Source of the DNA: an uncultured Gammaproteobacteria bacterium
Lineage (GTDB): Bacteria; Pseudomonadota; Gammaproteobacteria; JAURND01
Assembly: GCA_963714975.1 (NCBI GenBank)
Contig: CAVQQD010000002.1
Coordinates: forward strand, 96,001-160,000
DNA length: 64,000 bases
Direction of reading: 5' to 3'
Position 1 is the first letter of the stretch. Every line of letters begins with the position of its first letter. Positions 29,013-37,503 of this stretch are shown here, in pieces. A program made the translations under genes and the position numbers. A model generated the notes under the pieces. That model did not search any database. It had not been told where the DNA came from and saw nothing but the letters and a program-made list of their open reading frames with translations.

Positions 29013-30695
29013 ATGCACCTACCTGTCAATTCCGATGATTTTAGAGAAATTATTGAGAAGAAATTCGACTTCGTTGATAAGACTTTATGGATTCAAGAAA
29101 TTCTGGATGAAATTTCAGTCACAGTTATGGCAATCACCCGCCCACGCCGTTTTGGTAAGACCTTAAATTTATCGATGTTGCACTATTTTTTGGCAGCAGA
29201 GGTTGATGGACGTAAAACTCAAGGCTTATTTGATGGCTTGAAAATTGCTGCCTTAGGTGAAAAATACATGCAGCATCAAGGAAAATATCCCGTCATTTTT
29301 ATCACCTTTAAGGAGGTTAGGGATCATGACTTTTCTATTGCCTATTCCAATTTAATTAACCTGCTACATCGCGTTTACCGCCAGCACAATTACTTAACTG
29401 ACAGCCCACGCTTATCTCCTGCAGAAAAAGAAAAATTTAAGACTATTTTAGAACGAAAGGGCAGTCGAGGAGACGTAAATTCAGCATTGCTCGATTTATC
29501 TTATTATTTATATCAGCATCATGGCGCCAAAGTTTGGTTGCTTATTGATGAATATGATACCCCCATTCAATCCGCTTTTTTAAATAACTACTATGATGAG
29601 GTTACCTCATTAATGCGAAGCTTATTGGGTGCTGCGTTAAAAACCAATCCCTATCTCGAAAGAGCAGTAATAACCGGTATTTTACGTATTGCGAAAGAAA
29701 GTTTGTTTTCAGGATTAAATAACATTAAAGTTTATTCGTTATTGCATTCGAAATATGGTGAATATTTTGGATTTACTGAGCAAGAGGTTACTAAGCTTTT
29801 AACCAAAGCCAATTTAAACTCACAAGCAGAGACAATAAGATATTGGTACAACGGTTATCTTGCGGGTGATAAAGTAATTTACAATCCCTGGTCGATTGTC
29901 AACTGTATTAATGAGGGTGGTGCCCTTCAGCCTTACTGGGTCAATACCAGTAGCAATGATTTGATTAAGCGTTTACTGACTGTTGGTGATGCCGCTTTGA
30001 AGGAAAATCTCGAATTACTTTTATCAGGGGATGCAATAGAAGCCTTAATTGACGAAAATATGGTGTTTGGAAATTTAGAACGAGATCAGTATGCCCTGTG
30101 GAGTTTGTTATTGTTTAGTGGTTATTTAAAGGCAATTCACATCGAGCGTGGTGAAGGGACTTATCTCAAAGCTCAGCTCGTACCGCCTAATTATGAAGTA
30201 TATTCACTTTATCGCGGCATTATCCAAGAATGGTTTACTAGCACCCTAGGCAAAAGCAATTATGACTCCTTTTTAAATAGCTTGACACGTGGCGATGTGG
30301 AAGAATTTACCCTGCGGTTACAAGATTGCCTCCAAGATACCTTTAGCATCTTTGATGTTACTGGCTTACATCCCGAGAAATTTTATCACGGCTTTGTCTT
30401 AGGCATGATGGTGAGCTTGCAAAAAACTCATGAAATCCAGTCGAATAAGGAGAGTGGTTATGGCCGCTATGATGTGATGTTAATCCCTAAAGATCCTTCG
30501 AAATTGGGCATCGTGTTGGAATTCAAAACGGTTCGTGATGCTAATATTCCCTTGCTTGAAGCGGCGCAAGAAGCATTGCAGCAAATCATCGATCGGAATT
30601 ACACACAAACTCTACGTAACAAAGGGATTCAACAGATTCTGCAACTAGGGTTAGCTTTTCGACATAAAGAAGTTGCAGTGAAAAGGGGGGCGTAG
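29013..30695 (+). CDS. AAA-ATPase-like domain plus C-terminal PD-(D/E)XK nuclease (copy 2, intact)
   Basis: RPRRFGKT, IDEYD, WYNGY, YNPWS, EKFYHG, SNKESGYGRYD..LEFK. Confidence 0.92.
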   Translation: MHLPVNSDDFREIIEKKFDFVDKTLWIQEILDEISVTVMAITRPRRFGKTLNLSMLHYFLAAEVDGRKTQGLFDGLKIAALGEKYMQHQGKYPVIFITFKEVRDHDFSIAYSNLINLLHRVYRQHNYLTDSPRLSPAEKEKFKTILERKGSRGDVNSALLDLSYYLYQHHGAKVWLLIDEYDTPIQSAFLNNYYDEVTSLMRSLLGAALKTNPYLERAVITGILRIAKESLFSGLNNIKVYSLLHSKYGEYFGFTEQEVTKLLTKANLNSQAETIRYWYNGYLAGDKVIYNPWSIVNCINEGGALQPYWVNTSSNDLIKRLLTVGDAALKENLELLLSGDAIEALIDENMVFGNLERDQYALWSLLLFSGYLKAIHIERGEGTYLKAQLVPPNYEVYSLYRGIIQEWFTSTLGKSNYDSFLNSLTRGDVEEFTLRLQDCLQDTFSIFDVTGLHPEKFYHGFVLGMMVSLQKTHEIQSNKESGYGRYDVMLIPKDPSKLGIVLEFKTVRDANIPLLEAAQEALQQIIDRNYTQTLRNKGIQQILQLGLAFRHKEVAVKRGA

Positions 30696-30728
30696 GGTTT
30701 GATCCTCTCTCCTAAATCCCCCACTTGA

Positions 30729-30744
30729 TTTAATATTTTATTAA
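30729..30744 (+). promoter_or_regulatory. PmrA-type box upstream of effector-like gene B
   Basis: tTTAAtaTTttaTTAA within an upstream region conserved with 17331-17408. Confidence 0.65.
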
Positions 30745-30834
30745 GCTTAATCCATTATCATCATTAACTATAAATCTATAAATTACTATTTTGTCGTTGC
30801 ATTTTGCATTACTTCTTTGAGAGAGAATCTACTT

Positions 30835-32535
30835 ATGTTAAGTGAATTAGAGCGGAGAGAGCAAAAATCTTTAGCTACAGAGAATACATTGTTAGGCGAT
30901 CGAGCTGAAAATAAATCCGCGAATGTCTATCGAGAACAAGCCAAAAATCATAAGATAAATGATTATCGCCAATATGGTGATCCACGATCAGGAAACCCAG
31001 ATCCAAAGAAATTGAGCTTTGATAACCCACTGAATTGGGAATTCCGCTTTGCCCTGAAACCTACTCAAGCAAATATTGACAAGGCAGTTGAAGCTGCGCT
31101 GCCAGTATTATTTTCCTCCAATTGGCGAGGAGTCGAGCCTGATTTTAAATTCTTTCTTTTGCATGACCCAGTTGACCCGACGTTGAAAGCCGCAGGTGGT
31201 GAAGGTCCTTATGTAAGCTTGGTGGGCGATTCTGATCGTGATCAACGAGGCAAGGAATTCTGTGTTTATATGACGCAAAATCGCATGAACGGAAATAGCC
31301 AGTTTGAAAGGTCTCCTGCTCAATTTAAAGAGCTTATTTTAAAGCTTTGGAAAGCCTTTCTTGATCATGGCGTTGAGATTGGTTACATCAGTCCGCAAAT
31401 TGGTGAGCGCGCTTTGCCCTGTGATCCAGGCATAGTAACTCCGGTATCGTACTCTTACACCGCAATAGTTAGAAATTGGCCTGCCATAACCGATCCATTT
31501 TGGAAATATATTCAACAGATGGATTTACCTTTAGCGGGTGATGTTTGCCCTCATATTTTGGGTTTTGATAAAACCGAAGAGTTATATAAGAAGCGTGCTC
31601 AGCAGGAACTTGGAACTTGGCAAGATCCTCTTGCCGGTGTGCACATTTCCGAGGCAGATTTAAGGCGTCATGGTATCCCTATCCAAGCACCTCTGGCGAT
31701 GCAGGCCAGCAAGGTTAAGTATTTACAAGAACATTATGCTCAAGCAGTCCAAGATATTCAGCATGGTTTGCAACGGCAGAAAGATAATAAACCTTCGCAT
31801 GTAGCATCTCTGGAGAAGCTGGAACAGTTTGTTTCTCAAATTGAGTTTAAGGACAGTACGGAAATTCCGGTTGTTGATGAGAAGAGATATACCGCAGCAG
31901 CCCGCTTAGATCAGCAGAAAAAAATCGTCAATAAATTTAAGGCTGATGAAAATATCAAAAAGTTCTTAGCGGAAAATGGGATAAATAATACAAAATTGGC
32001 CGACCTGGTTAAGCAAGACCCCTGGAGCATGGAAATATTTTATCGTCGCATCAGAGAATTAAAGAAAGAACGCTATTTTCTTTACCAAGAGGCTTGGCGT
32101 TTATGGAGTATGGTTGTTAAAAAAAGCAATTTTGCTAGTTTGCGCTGGAAAACACTCTACCCCGCATTGATACTAGCCTTGGCCATTCCTGTCGGAGCTG
32201 CTTCGGCCTTTTCGAAACTTAGCCCACAAGAGATCACCCAAGGGTTTATTTCAGGTAATTCCACACTTGATTATTTCAACACAATTGCCTTAGCAGCTAC
32301 CAGTGCTTTAATAATTTCCGTCCTTGGATTGTTAATTTATCATGGTGCGCGCTGTTATTATGATAGACAATTGAGGGGCGCAATATTTCGTAACGACGAG
32401 CAGAGGGTAACTTCCGCACTTGTTAAAGGTGCTGATCCCCAACTGTTGCTCAATTCATTTAGTGACCTACTTCCATCTTCTTATTTCTCTCAAGTTCACG
32501 ACCCCATAGCAGGGATTTCTGTCAAAGTAATTTAA
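30835..32535 (+). CDS. Effector-like gene B, paralogue of gene A; two TM helices and an ankyrin-like tail
   Basis: WEFRFALKPT, DRDQRGKEFCVYM and other blocks shared with gene A; lacks a long internal segment of gene A. Confidence 0.8.
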   Translation: MLSELERREQKSLATENTLLGDRAENKSANVYREQAKNHKINDYRQYGDPRSGNPDPKKLSFDNPLNWEFRFALKPTQANIDKAVEAALPVLFSSNWRGVEPDFKFFLLHDPVDPTLKAAGGEGPYVSLVGDSDRDQRGKEFCVYMTQNRMNGNSQFERSPAQFKELILKLWKAFLDHGVEIGYISPQIGERALPCDPGIVTPVSYSYTAIVRNWPAITDPFWKYIQQMDLPLAGDVCPHILGFDKTEELYKKRAQQELGTWQDPLAGVHISEADLRRHGIPIQAPLAMQASKVKYLQEHYAQAVQDIQHGLQRQKDNKPSHVASLEKLEQFVSQIEFKDSTEIPVVDEKRYTAAARLDQQKKIVNKFKADENIKKFLAENGINNTKLADLVKQDPWSMEIFYRRIRELKKERYFLYQEAWRLWSMVVKKSNFASLRWKTLYPALILALAIPVGAASAFSKLSPQEITQGFISGNSTLDYFNTIALAATSALIISVLGLLIYHGARCYYDRQLRGAIFRNDEQRVTSALVKGADPQLLLNSFSDLLPSSYFSQVHDPIAGISVKVI

Positions 32536-32585
32536 ACTTAAAATGAGGCTGTCCTGAGGTAGGGAGAAGAGATTTCTGCTTCTGG

Positions 32586-32666
32586 CATTCCTGTGCTACA
32601 CTTTTGCCGCAATCCTACGCAACCACTCAGCTGAGGTGCTTTCATGCAATTACCTATCAATTCCGA
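32586..32666 (+). pseudogene. Stub of a third AAA-ATPase gene copy (leader and first codons)
   Basis: gcattcctgtgctacacttttgcc...ctttcATGcaattacctatcaattccga (MQLPINS vs MHLPVNS), broken by a boxC-like hairpin at 32667-32688. Confidence 0.85.
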
Positions 32667-32705
32667 CTCCCACAAGGGGAGAAGGAATAATGTTGAGGAT
32701 TAGAT

Positions 32706-33245
32706 TTACCGTACCAAACTTAAAAATTCTGCTCGCGTGCGGTTATCTTCACGAAAAGTACCGAGCATCATGGAAGTTTTCATTAAGGAATTTTGTTTCT
32801 CTACCCCCCGCATCATCATGCATAAATGCTGGGCTTCTATAATAATGCCTACGCCAGCCGCTTTAGTGACATTCATAATAGAGGTGGCAATTTCTTCAGT
32901 AAGTTTTTCTTGCACTTGTAAGCGGCGTGCATAAAGATCAACAATGCGGGCTAACTTCGAGACGCCAATGATTTTACCTTGGGGAATGTAGGCGACGTGG
33001 CATTTTCCAATGAAGGGCAAAAGATGATGCTCGCACAATGAATAAAGCTCAATGTTTTTCACCATCACCATTTCAGACATCGAGGAAGGAAAAATAGCAT
33101 TATTCACAATGTCATCTAAATTGGTGTCATAACCGCTGGTCAAAAAGCGCATTGCCTCAGCTGCACGTTTCGGCGTGTCTTTTAGGCCCGCGCGCTTTAG
33201 GTCTTCGCCAATGGATTCAATGATGGCTTTATAATGTTGTTCCAT
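32706..33245 (-). CDS. folE: GTP cyclohydrolase I
   Basis: [32 protein letters not shown]. Confidence 0.97.
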   Translation of the reverse strand: MEQHYKAIIESIGEDLKRAGLKDTPKRAAEAMRFLTSGYDTNLDDIVNNAIFPSSMSEMVMVKNIELYSLCEHHLLPFIGKCHVAYIPQGKIIGVSKLARIVDLYARRLQVQEKLTEEIATSIMNVTKAAGVGIIIEAQHLCMMMRGVEKQNSLMKTSMMLGTFREDNRTRAEFLSLVR

Positions 33246-33304
33246 GGTTGCTCCAATTTATAGCAATGAAGTTTGTATTCACCACAGTTGGCAAAAACAG
33301 TCGG

Positions 33305-33811
33305 TCATTGATAATAGGTCCACAAAAAGGCCACTAGTTGCACACCAATCCAGGCATAAATGGCGGCGACTACATCGTCGATTACAATCCCAAAACCTCC
33401 TTGGGCGTGCTCATCCAACCAACGGATCGGCCAGGGCTTCCAGATGTCAAACAGGCGAAATAACAGAAATCCAAGGACGATCCAAAACCAACCTAGGGGT
33501 GCGGCAATCATAGTGATTAAATACCCCACCATCTCGTCCAATACAATCGGCGTATAGTCATGCACCCCAATATCGCGGGCCGTGACATGGCAAATAACGA
33601 TAGAAAGCAGGGTGAAAATTAGGGTCAGGGTGATGTACAGCCATAGTGGCAGATGGGTCATCAACAGGTAAAAGGGGATCGCAGCTAAAGTCCCAAAGGT
33701 CCCGGGCATGAAAGGGATTAAACCGCTACCAAATCCAAAGCCAATAAAGTGAATGGGATCGCGCCAAACACTGCGAATGGTAGTTGCACGTAAATTATCA
33801 GTTTTCGCCAA
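33305..33811 (-). CDS. pgpA: Phosphatidylglycerophosphatase A
   Basis: GFGSGL..PGTFGT, DEMVG, FRLFDIWKPWP, DDVVA. Confidence 0.96.
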   Translation of the reverse strand: MAKTDNLRATTIRSVWRDPIHFIGFGFGSGLIPFMPGTFGTLAAIPFYLLMTHLPLWLYITLTLIFTLLSIVICHVTARDIGVHDYTPIVLDEMVGYLITMIAAPLGWFWIVLGFLLFRLFDIWKPWPIRWLDEHAQGGFGIVIDDVVAAIYAWIGVQLVAFLWTYYQ

Positions 33812-34763
33812 AGTGGTAATACCCTTTCTTTAAGAGAGTGAAATCTCGGCCGTCGGCATATGTTACTCTTAATCCTGGGGCTGATTCAATGACTCCGATG
33901 CAGGAATAATGACAGTTGAGCGGCGCTAGAGCTTGCTTTAGTTGTGGTTCTTGCGCAGGTGGCACAGTAAAACACAATTCATAATCATCGCCAGCAGTCA
34001 AAATGAGTTGGTGAGCCGTGGTTGAGTTTAGAGTTTGCATTAAGCTTGAAACGGGCAATGAAGCAATTTGGATTGTAGCCCCGACTCCGCTATTTTCCAG
34101 GATATGTTCCAAATCGGCGCCAAGCCCATCGGAAATATCAATGGCGGCAGAAGCTATGCCTCGCAAGGCCAGGCCAATGGCCACTTGGGGGGTAGGATAA
34201 TCGAGCCTGTCTTGTGCTTGTTGCAAGTGTTCTTGAGTTAATGACAGCTTGTTTTGCAAGACTGCTAGGGCAAGCCCTGCTTCACCTGGCCAACCAGTGA
34301 CGTAAATCTTATCTCCCACCCTAGCCCCTGAGCGGCTGAGCTCTTGTCCAGGCGGGACGAAGCCGATCACCTGGCTGGTAATTGCCAGCGGTCCTCGGCT
34401 GGTATTGCCGCCAATCAGCTGGAGTTGAAAGCTTTTGCGGAGCTGGGCAAAACCTTCGCAGAAGCCTGCTAACCAAGTTTTGTCCACTTTTGGTAAGCTA
34501 AGGGATAGCAATACCCAGGCAGGTTCTGCCCCCATGGCAGCCAAGTCACTTAAACTGACGGCAAGGGCTTTGTGTCCTAGCGCTTGCGGGGAGGCGCCAG
34601 TAGGGAAATGCACCCCTTCGTTCAAGGTATCGGTGGATATTGCGAGCAGTTGACCAGGAGCGGGCCTGACCAACGCGCAGTCATCCCCAATACCAAGAAC
34701 TACGTCGGCACGCTGACCAGCATGGGGTTGGAAATAGTGGGCTATTAGTTCGAATTCAGTCAT
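33798..34763 (-). CDS. thiL: Thiamine-monophosphate kinase
   Basis: EFELI, GIGDDCA, SLSDLAAMG, DISDGL, GDDYEL. Confidence 0.96.
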   Translation of the reverse strand: MTEFELIAHYFQPHAGQRADVVLGIGDDCALVRPAPGQLLAISTDTLNEGVHFPTGASPQALGHKALAVSLSDLAAMGAEPAWVLLSLSLPKVDKTWLAGFCEGFAQLRKSFQLQLIGGNTSRGPLAITSQVIGFVPPGQELSRSGARVGDKIYVTGWPGEAGLALAVLQNKLSLTQEHLQQAQDRLDYPTPQVAIGLALRGIASAAIDISDGLGADLEHILENSGVGATIQIASLPVSSLMQTLNSTTAHQLILTAGDDYELCFTVPPAQEPQLKQALAPLNCHYSCIGVIESAPGLRVTYADGRDFTLLKKGYYHFGEN

Positions 34764-34814
34764 ATGAGGACGTTAATATTTGGTAATTTCTCAAAATTAT
34801 CCTATAGTTAATCT

Positions 34815-34941
34815 ATAGAAAAAGCACTTTTTCTGCACAATGCAGGTTCGGAATAGGTGCTGTTAAGTGCGGCTGGCAATTACAGCGCCTTCGTAGTCTT
34901 GAGTTGTGTTCCACAGAGTTTGGAGCACAACTCATTTTTTT
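34815..34941 (+). ncRNA. Candidate small RNA antisense to the nusB-thiL operon
   Basis: TTGGTA-17-TATAGT promoter, stem-loops with plus-strand G-U pairs, 14-bp hairpin followed by T7. Confidence 0.45.
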
Positions 34942-35357
34942 CTCGATACTTTAGCCACTTGATCTAGAATCGCATTGACATATTTATAGCCTTCTTGAGC
35001 TCCAAATGCTTTCGCTAGGCGAAGTGCCTCGTCAATCACAACACGATAGGGTATATCCAAGCGATGTAGGAATTCGTAAATCGCAATGCGGAGGATGGCA
35101 AGTTCAATCGGGTTTAAATTATCAAGCGGTCGATCTAAAAAGGGGTGCATTTGCGCATCTAATTCGGCAAAAACTAAGGGGACCCCGCGCAGCAGCTCCA
35201 AAAAATAAGGAATATCTACCTTATCTGAAACTTGGTCTTCAAGAAATTGCGCTTCAATTTCACTGGTAGTGTGGCCGGATAATTGCCACTGATAAATGGC
35301 TTGCAGGGCAAGCCGACGGGCTTTGCGTCTTTGTGATGGGCTGGCTTTATTTTGCAT
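34932..35357 (-). CDS. nusB: Transcription antitermination factor NusB
   Basis: [31 protein letters not shown]. Confidence 0.96.
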   Translation of the reverse strand: MQNKASPSQRRKARRLALQAIYQWQLSGHTTSEIEAQFLEDQVSDKVDIPYFLELLRGVPLVFAELDAQMHPFLDRPLDNLNPIELAILRIAIYEFLHRLDIPYRVVIDEALRLAKAFGAQEGYKYVNAILDQVAKVSRKK

Positions 35358-35535
35358 AAGATTTTCGTTCTTCGAGTCGGGGAATAGCTTTCCGAAATTC
35401 CCTCACAGATTCATAGGTGGTAAATCGTTCGTTACAAGCACTACATTCACGGCGGCGTCGCACTTGATTATTTTCTTCCACTAGCCTGGAATCAATAACG
35501 CGCATATCAGGCTTTTGACAGAGGGGACAGCGCAT
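35347..35535 (-). pseudogene. nrdR: NrdR with the ATP-cone deleted (62 aa)
   Basis: MRCPLC..VIDSR..RRRREC..C.ERFTTYE zinc ribbon fused directly to a C-terminal-like EFRKAIPRL. Confidence 0.85.
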
Positions 35536-35537
35536 AA

Positions 35538-36791
35538 TCAGCCATAAACAGGAAAACGTTTACATAAATCCTTAACCTTGCTTTTGATCTCATCAATTAG
35601 TTGGGAATTTTGATGGTCATCTAAAATAGCGCAAATCCACTTGGCTAATTGTTCTGCTTCTAATTCTTTGAACCCTCGGGTAGTCATAGCGGGAGTGCCA
35701 ATACGTAAGCCACTGGTGATAAAGGGGGATAAGGGATCATTAGGCACGGCATTTTTGTTCACCGTGATATTAGCCTTTCCTAATACCGCTTCGGCTTCTT
35801 TGCCGGTTAAATTTTTGTCAATCAAATCCACTAGGAACAGATGATTATCTGTTCCTCCCGAAACAATTTTATACCCATGATTAACTAGCACAGCAGCCAT
35901 TTTTCGGGCATTTACCAGCACTTGTTGTTGGTAGAGCTTGAAATCAGGCGCCAAAGCTTCTTTAAAAGCGACTGCTTTGGCAGCAATGACATGCAGCAAG
36001 GGGCCACCCTGCAAGCCAGGAAACACAGCAGAATTAAGCTTTTTCTCAATTTCAGGGTTTGCCTTGGCGAGAATGAAACCACTGCGAGGACCACGTAGAG
36101 TTTTGTGAGTGGTGGAGGTGGTGACGTCAGCAATAGCTACTGGGGAAGGGTAGAGACCTGTAGCGACCAAACCAGCGATATGCGCCATGTCGACGATCAA
36201 ATAAGCTCCCACTTGATCGGCAATTTCACGAAAGCGTTGCCAATCAGCGATGCGCGAGTAGGCAGAAAATCCCGCCATAATGACTTTAGGGCGATGCTCT
36301 TGGGCTAGACTGGCCACTTGCGCATAATCAATTTCCCCCGTTTGAGGATCTAAACCATATTGGATGGCCTGGTAGATTTTTCCAGAGAAATTGACCTGGG
36401 AGCCGTGGGTTAAATGCCCGCCATGAGCTAGGCTCATGCCGAGTAGGGTGTCGCCAGGCTCAAGTAAGGCAAAATACGCAGCGGCATTGGCTTGTGATCC
36501 AGAATGGGGCTGGACATTGGCATAATCCGCATTAAAAAGCTTTTTAAGGCGAGCAATGGCCAATTCTTCGACCTGGTCTACATATTCGCAGCCCCCATAA
36601 TAGCGTTTGTGCGGATAGCCTTCAGCGTACTTGTTGGTAAGCACTGAGCCTTGGGCTTGCAACACCGCGGGACTGACATAATTTTCTGAAGCGATCAGCT
36701 CAATGTGCTCTTCTTGACGAATTTCTTCTTGATGGATGGCTGAGGCTATTTCAGGATCAAAGCGGCCTAGGGTTAAATTTTTATCAAACAT
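35538..36791 (-). CDS. glyA: Serine hydroxymethyltransferase
   Basis: [30 protein letters not shown]. Confidence 0.98.
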   Translation of the reverse strand: MFDKNLTLGRFDPEIASAIHQEEIRQEEHIELIASENYVSPAVLQAQGSVLTNKYAEGYPHKRYYGGCEYVDQVEELAIARLKKLFNADYANVQPHSGSQANAAAYFALLEPGDTLLGMSLAHGGHLTHGSQVNFSGKIYQAIQYGLDPQTGEIDYAQVASLAQEHRPKVIMAGFSAYSRIADWQRFREIADQVGAYLIVDMAHIAGLVATGLYPSPVAIADVTTSTTHKTLRGPRSGFILAKANPEIEKKLNSAVFPGLQGGPLLHVIAAKAVAFKEALAPDFKLYQQQVLVNARKMAAVLVNHGYKIVSGGTDNHLFLVDLIDKNLTGKEAEAVLGKANITVNKNAVPNDPLSPFITSGLRIGTPAMTTRGFKELEAEQLAKWICAILDDHQNSQLIDEIKSKVKDLCKRFPVYG

Positions 36792-36804
36792 TGCGGTGAC
36801 TCTT

Positions 36805-37458
36805 TTAGTGCCATTGACTGTCTACATCGATTAATCCATGCTTGATGGCGAGCCGTGCGGCTTCTACATCCGTTTTAACGCCAAGTTTTCTTAAAATATT
36901 ACTGCGATAACCATTAATCGTCTTGATACTTAAAAATAATTTTTGGGCAATTTCATCCGGGTCAATACCTCGCGCTACCATCAGCAATACCTGGAGCTCA
37001 CGTTCATTGAGCTCAGTAAAAGGAGAGGCTTGATCCTGAGCGGCGAAGTGCGGCAAGATGATGCGGTCAATCATCGATGAGTCAATATATCGATTGCCCA
37101 ATTCGATCGATTTAATCGCTTTGACCATTTCTTCACTACTGGCTTGCTTGGTTAAATAGCCTGAGGCGCCGATACTAATGAGTCGAGCTGGTAAAAAATC
37201 ATCGTTTTGTGAGCTGATAATCAGGATCTTAACCGCCGTATCGGTCCGTAACAGCCGGACGGTGGCTTCCACCCCACCAATTCCTGGCATATTAACATCC
37301 ATGAGAATAATGTCTGGCTTCAGTTCGCGTGCTAAGCCAATCGCTTCTTCACCACTACTGGCTTCACCGACAATTTCAAATTCATCGACGGCATTGAGCA
37401 TCAATTTGATTCCCGTGCGCACGATTTCGTGGTCGTCAACTAATAGGATTCTTGTCAC
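36805..37458 (-). CDS. NarL/LuxR response regulator, GacA/UvrY/LetA-like
   Basis: [27 protein letters not shown]-terminal LuxR HTH ([10 protein letters not shown]). Confidence 0.88.
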   Translation of the reverse strand: MTRILLVDDHEIVRTGIKLMLNAVDEFEIVGEASSGEEAIGLARELKPDIILMDVNMPGIGGVEATVRLLRTDTAVKILIISSQNDDFLPARLISIGASGYLTKQASSEEMVKAIKSIELGNRYIDSSMIDRIILPHFAAQDQASPFTELNERELQVLLMVARGIDPDEIAQKLFLSIKTINGYRSNILRKLGVKTDVEAARLAIKHGLIDVDSQWH

Positions 37459-37503
37459 AGTGGAGGGCTCCCTTTAAAGTAGCTTTTTCCGAACTATAAC
37501 ATA

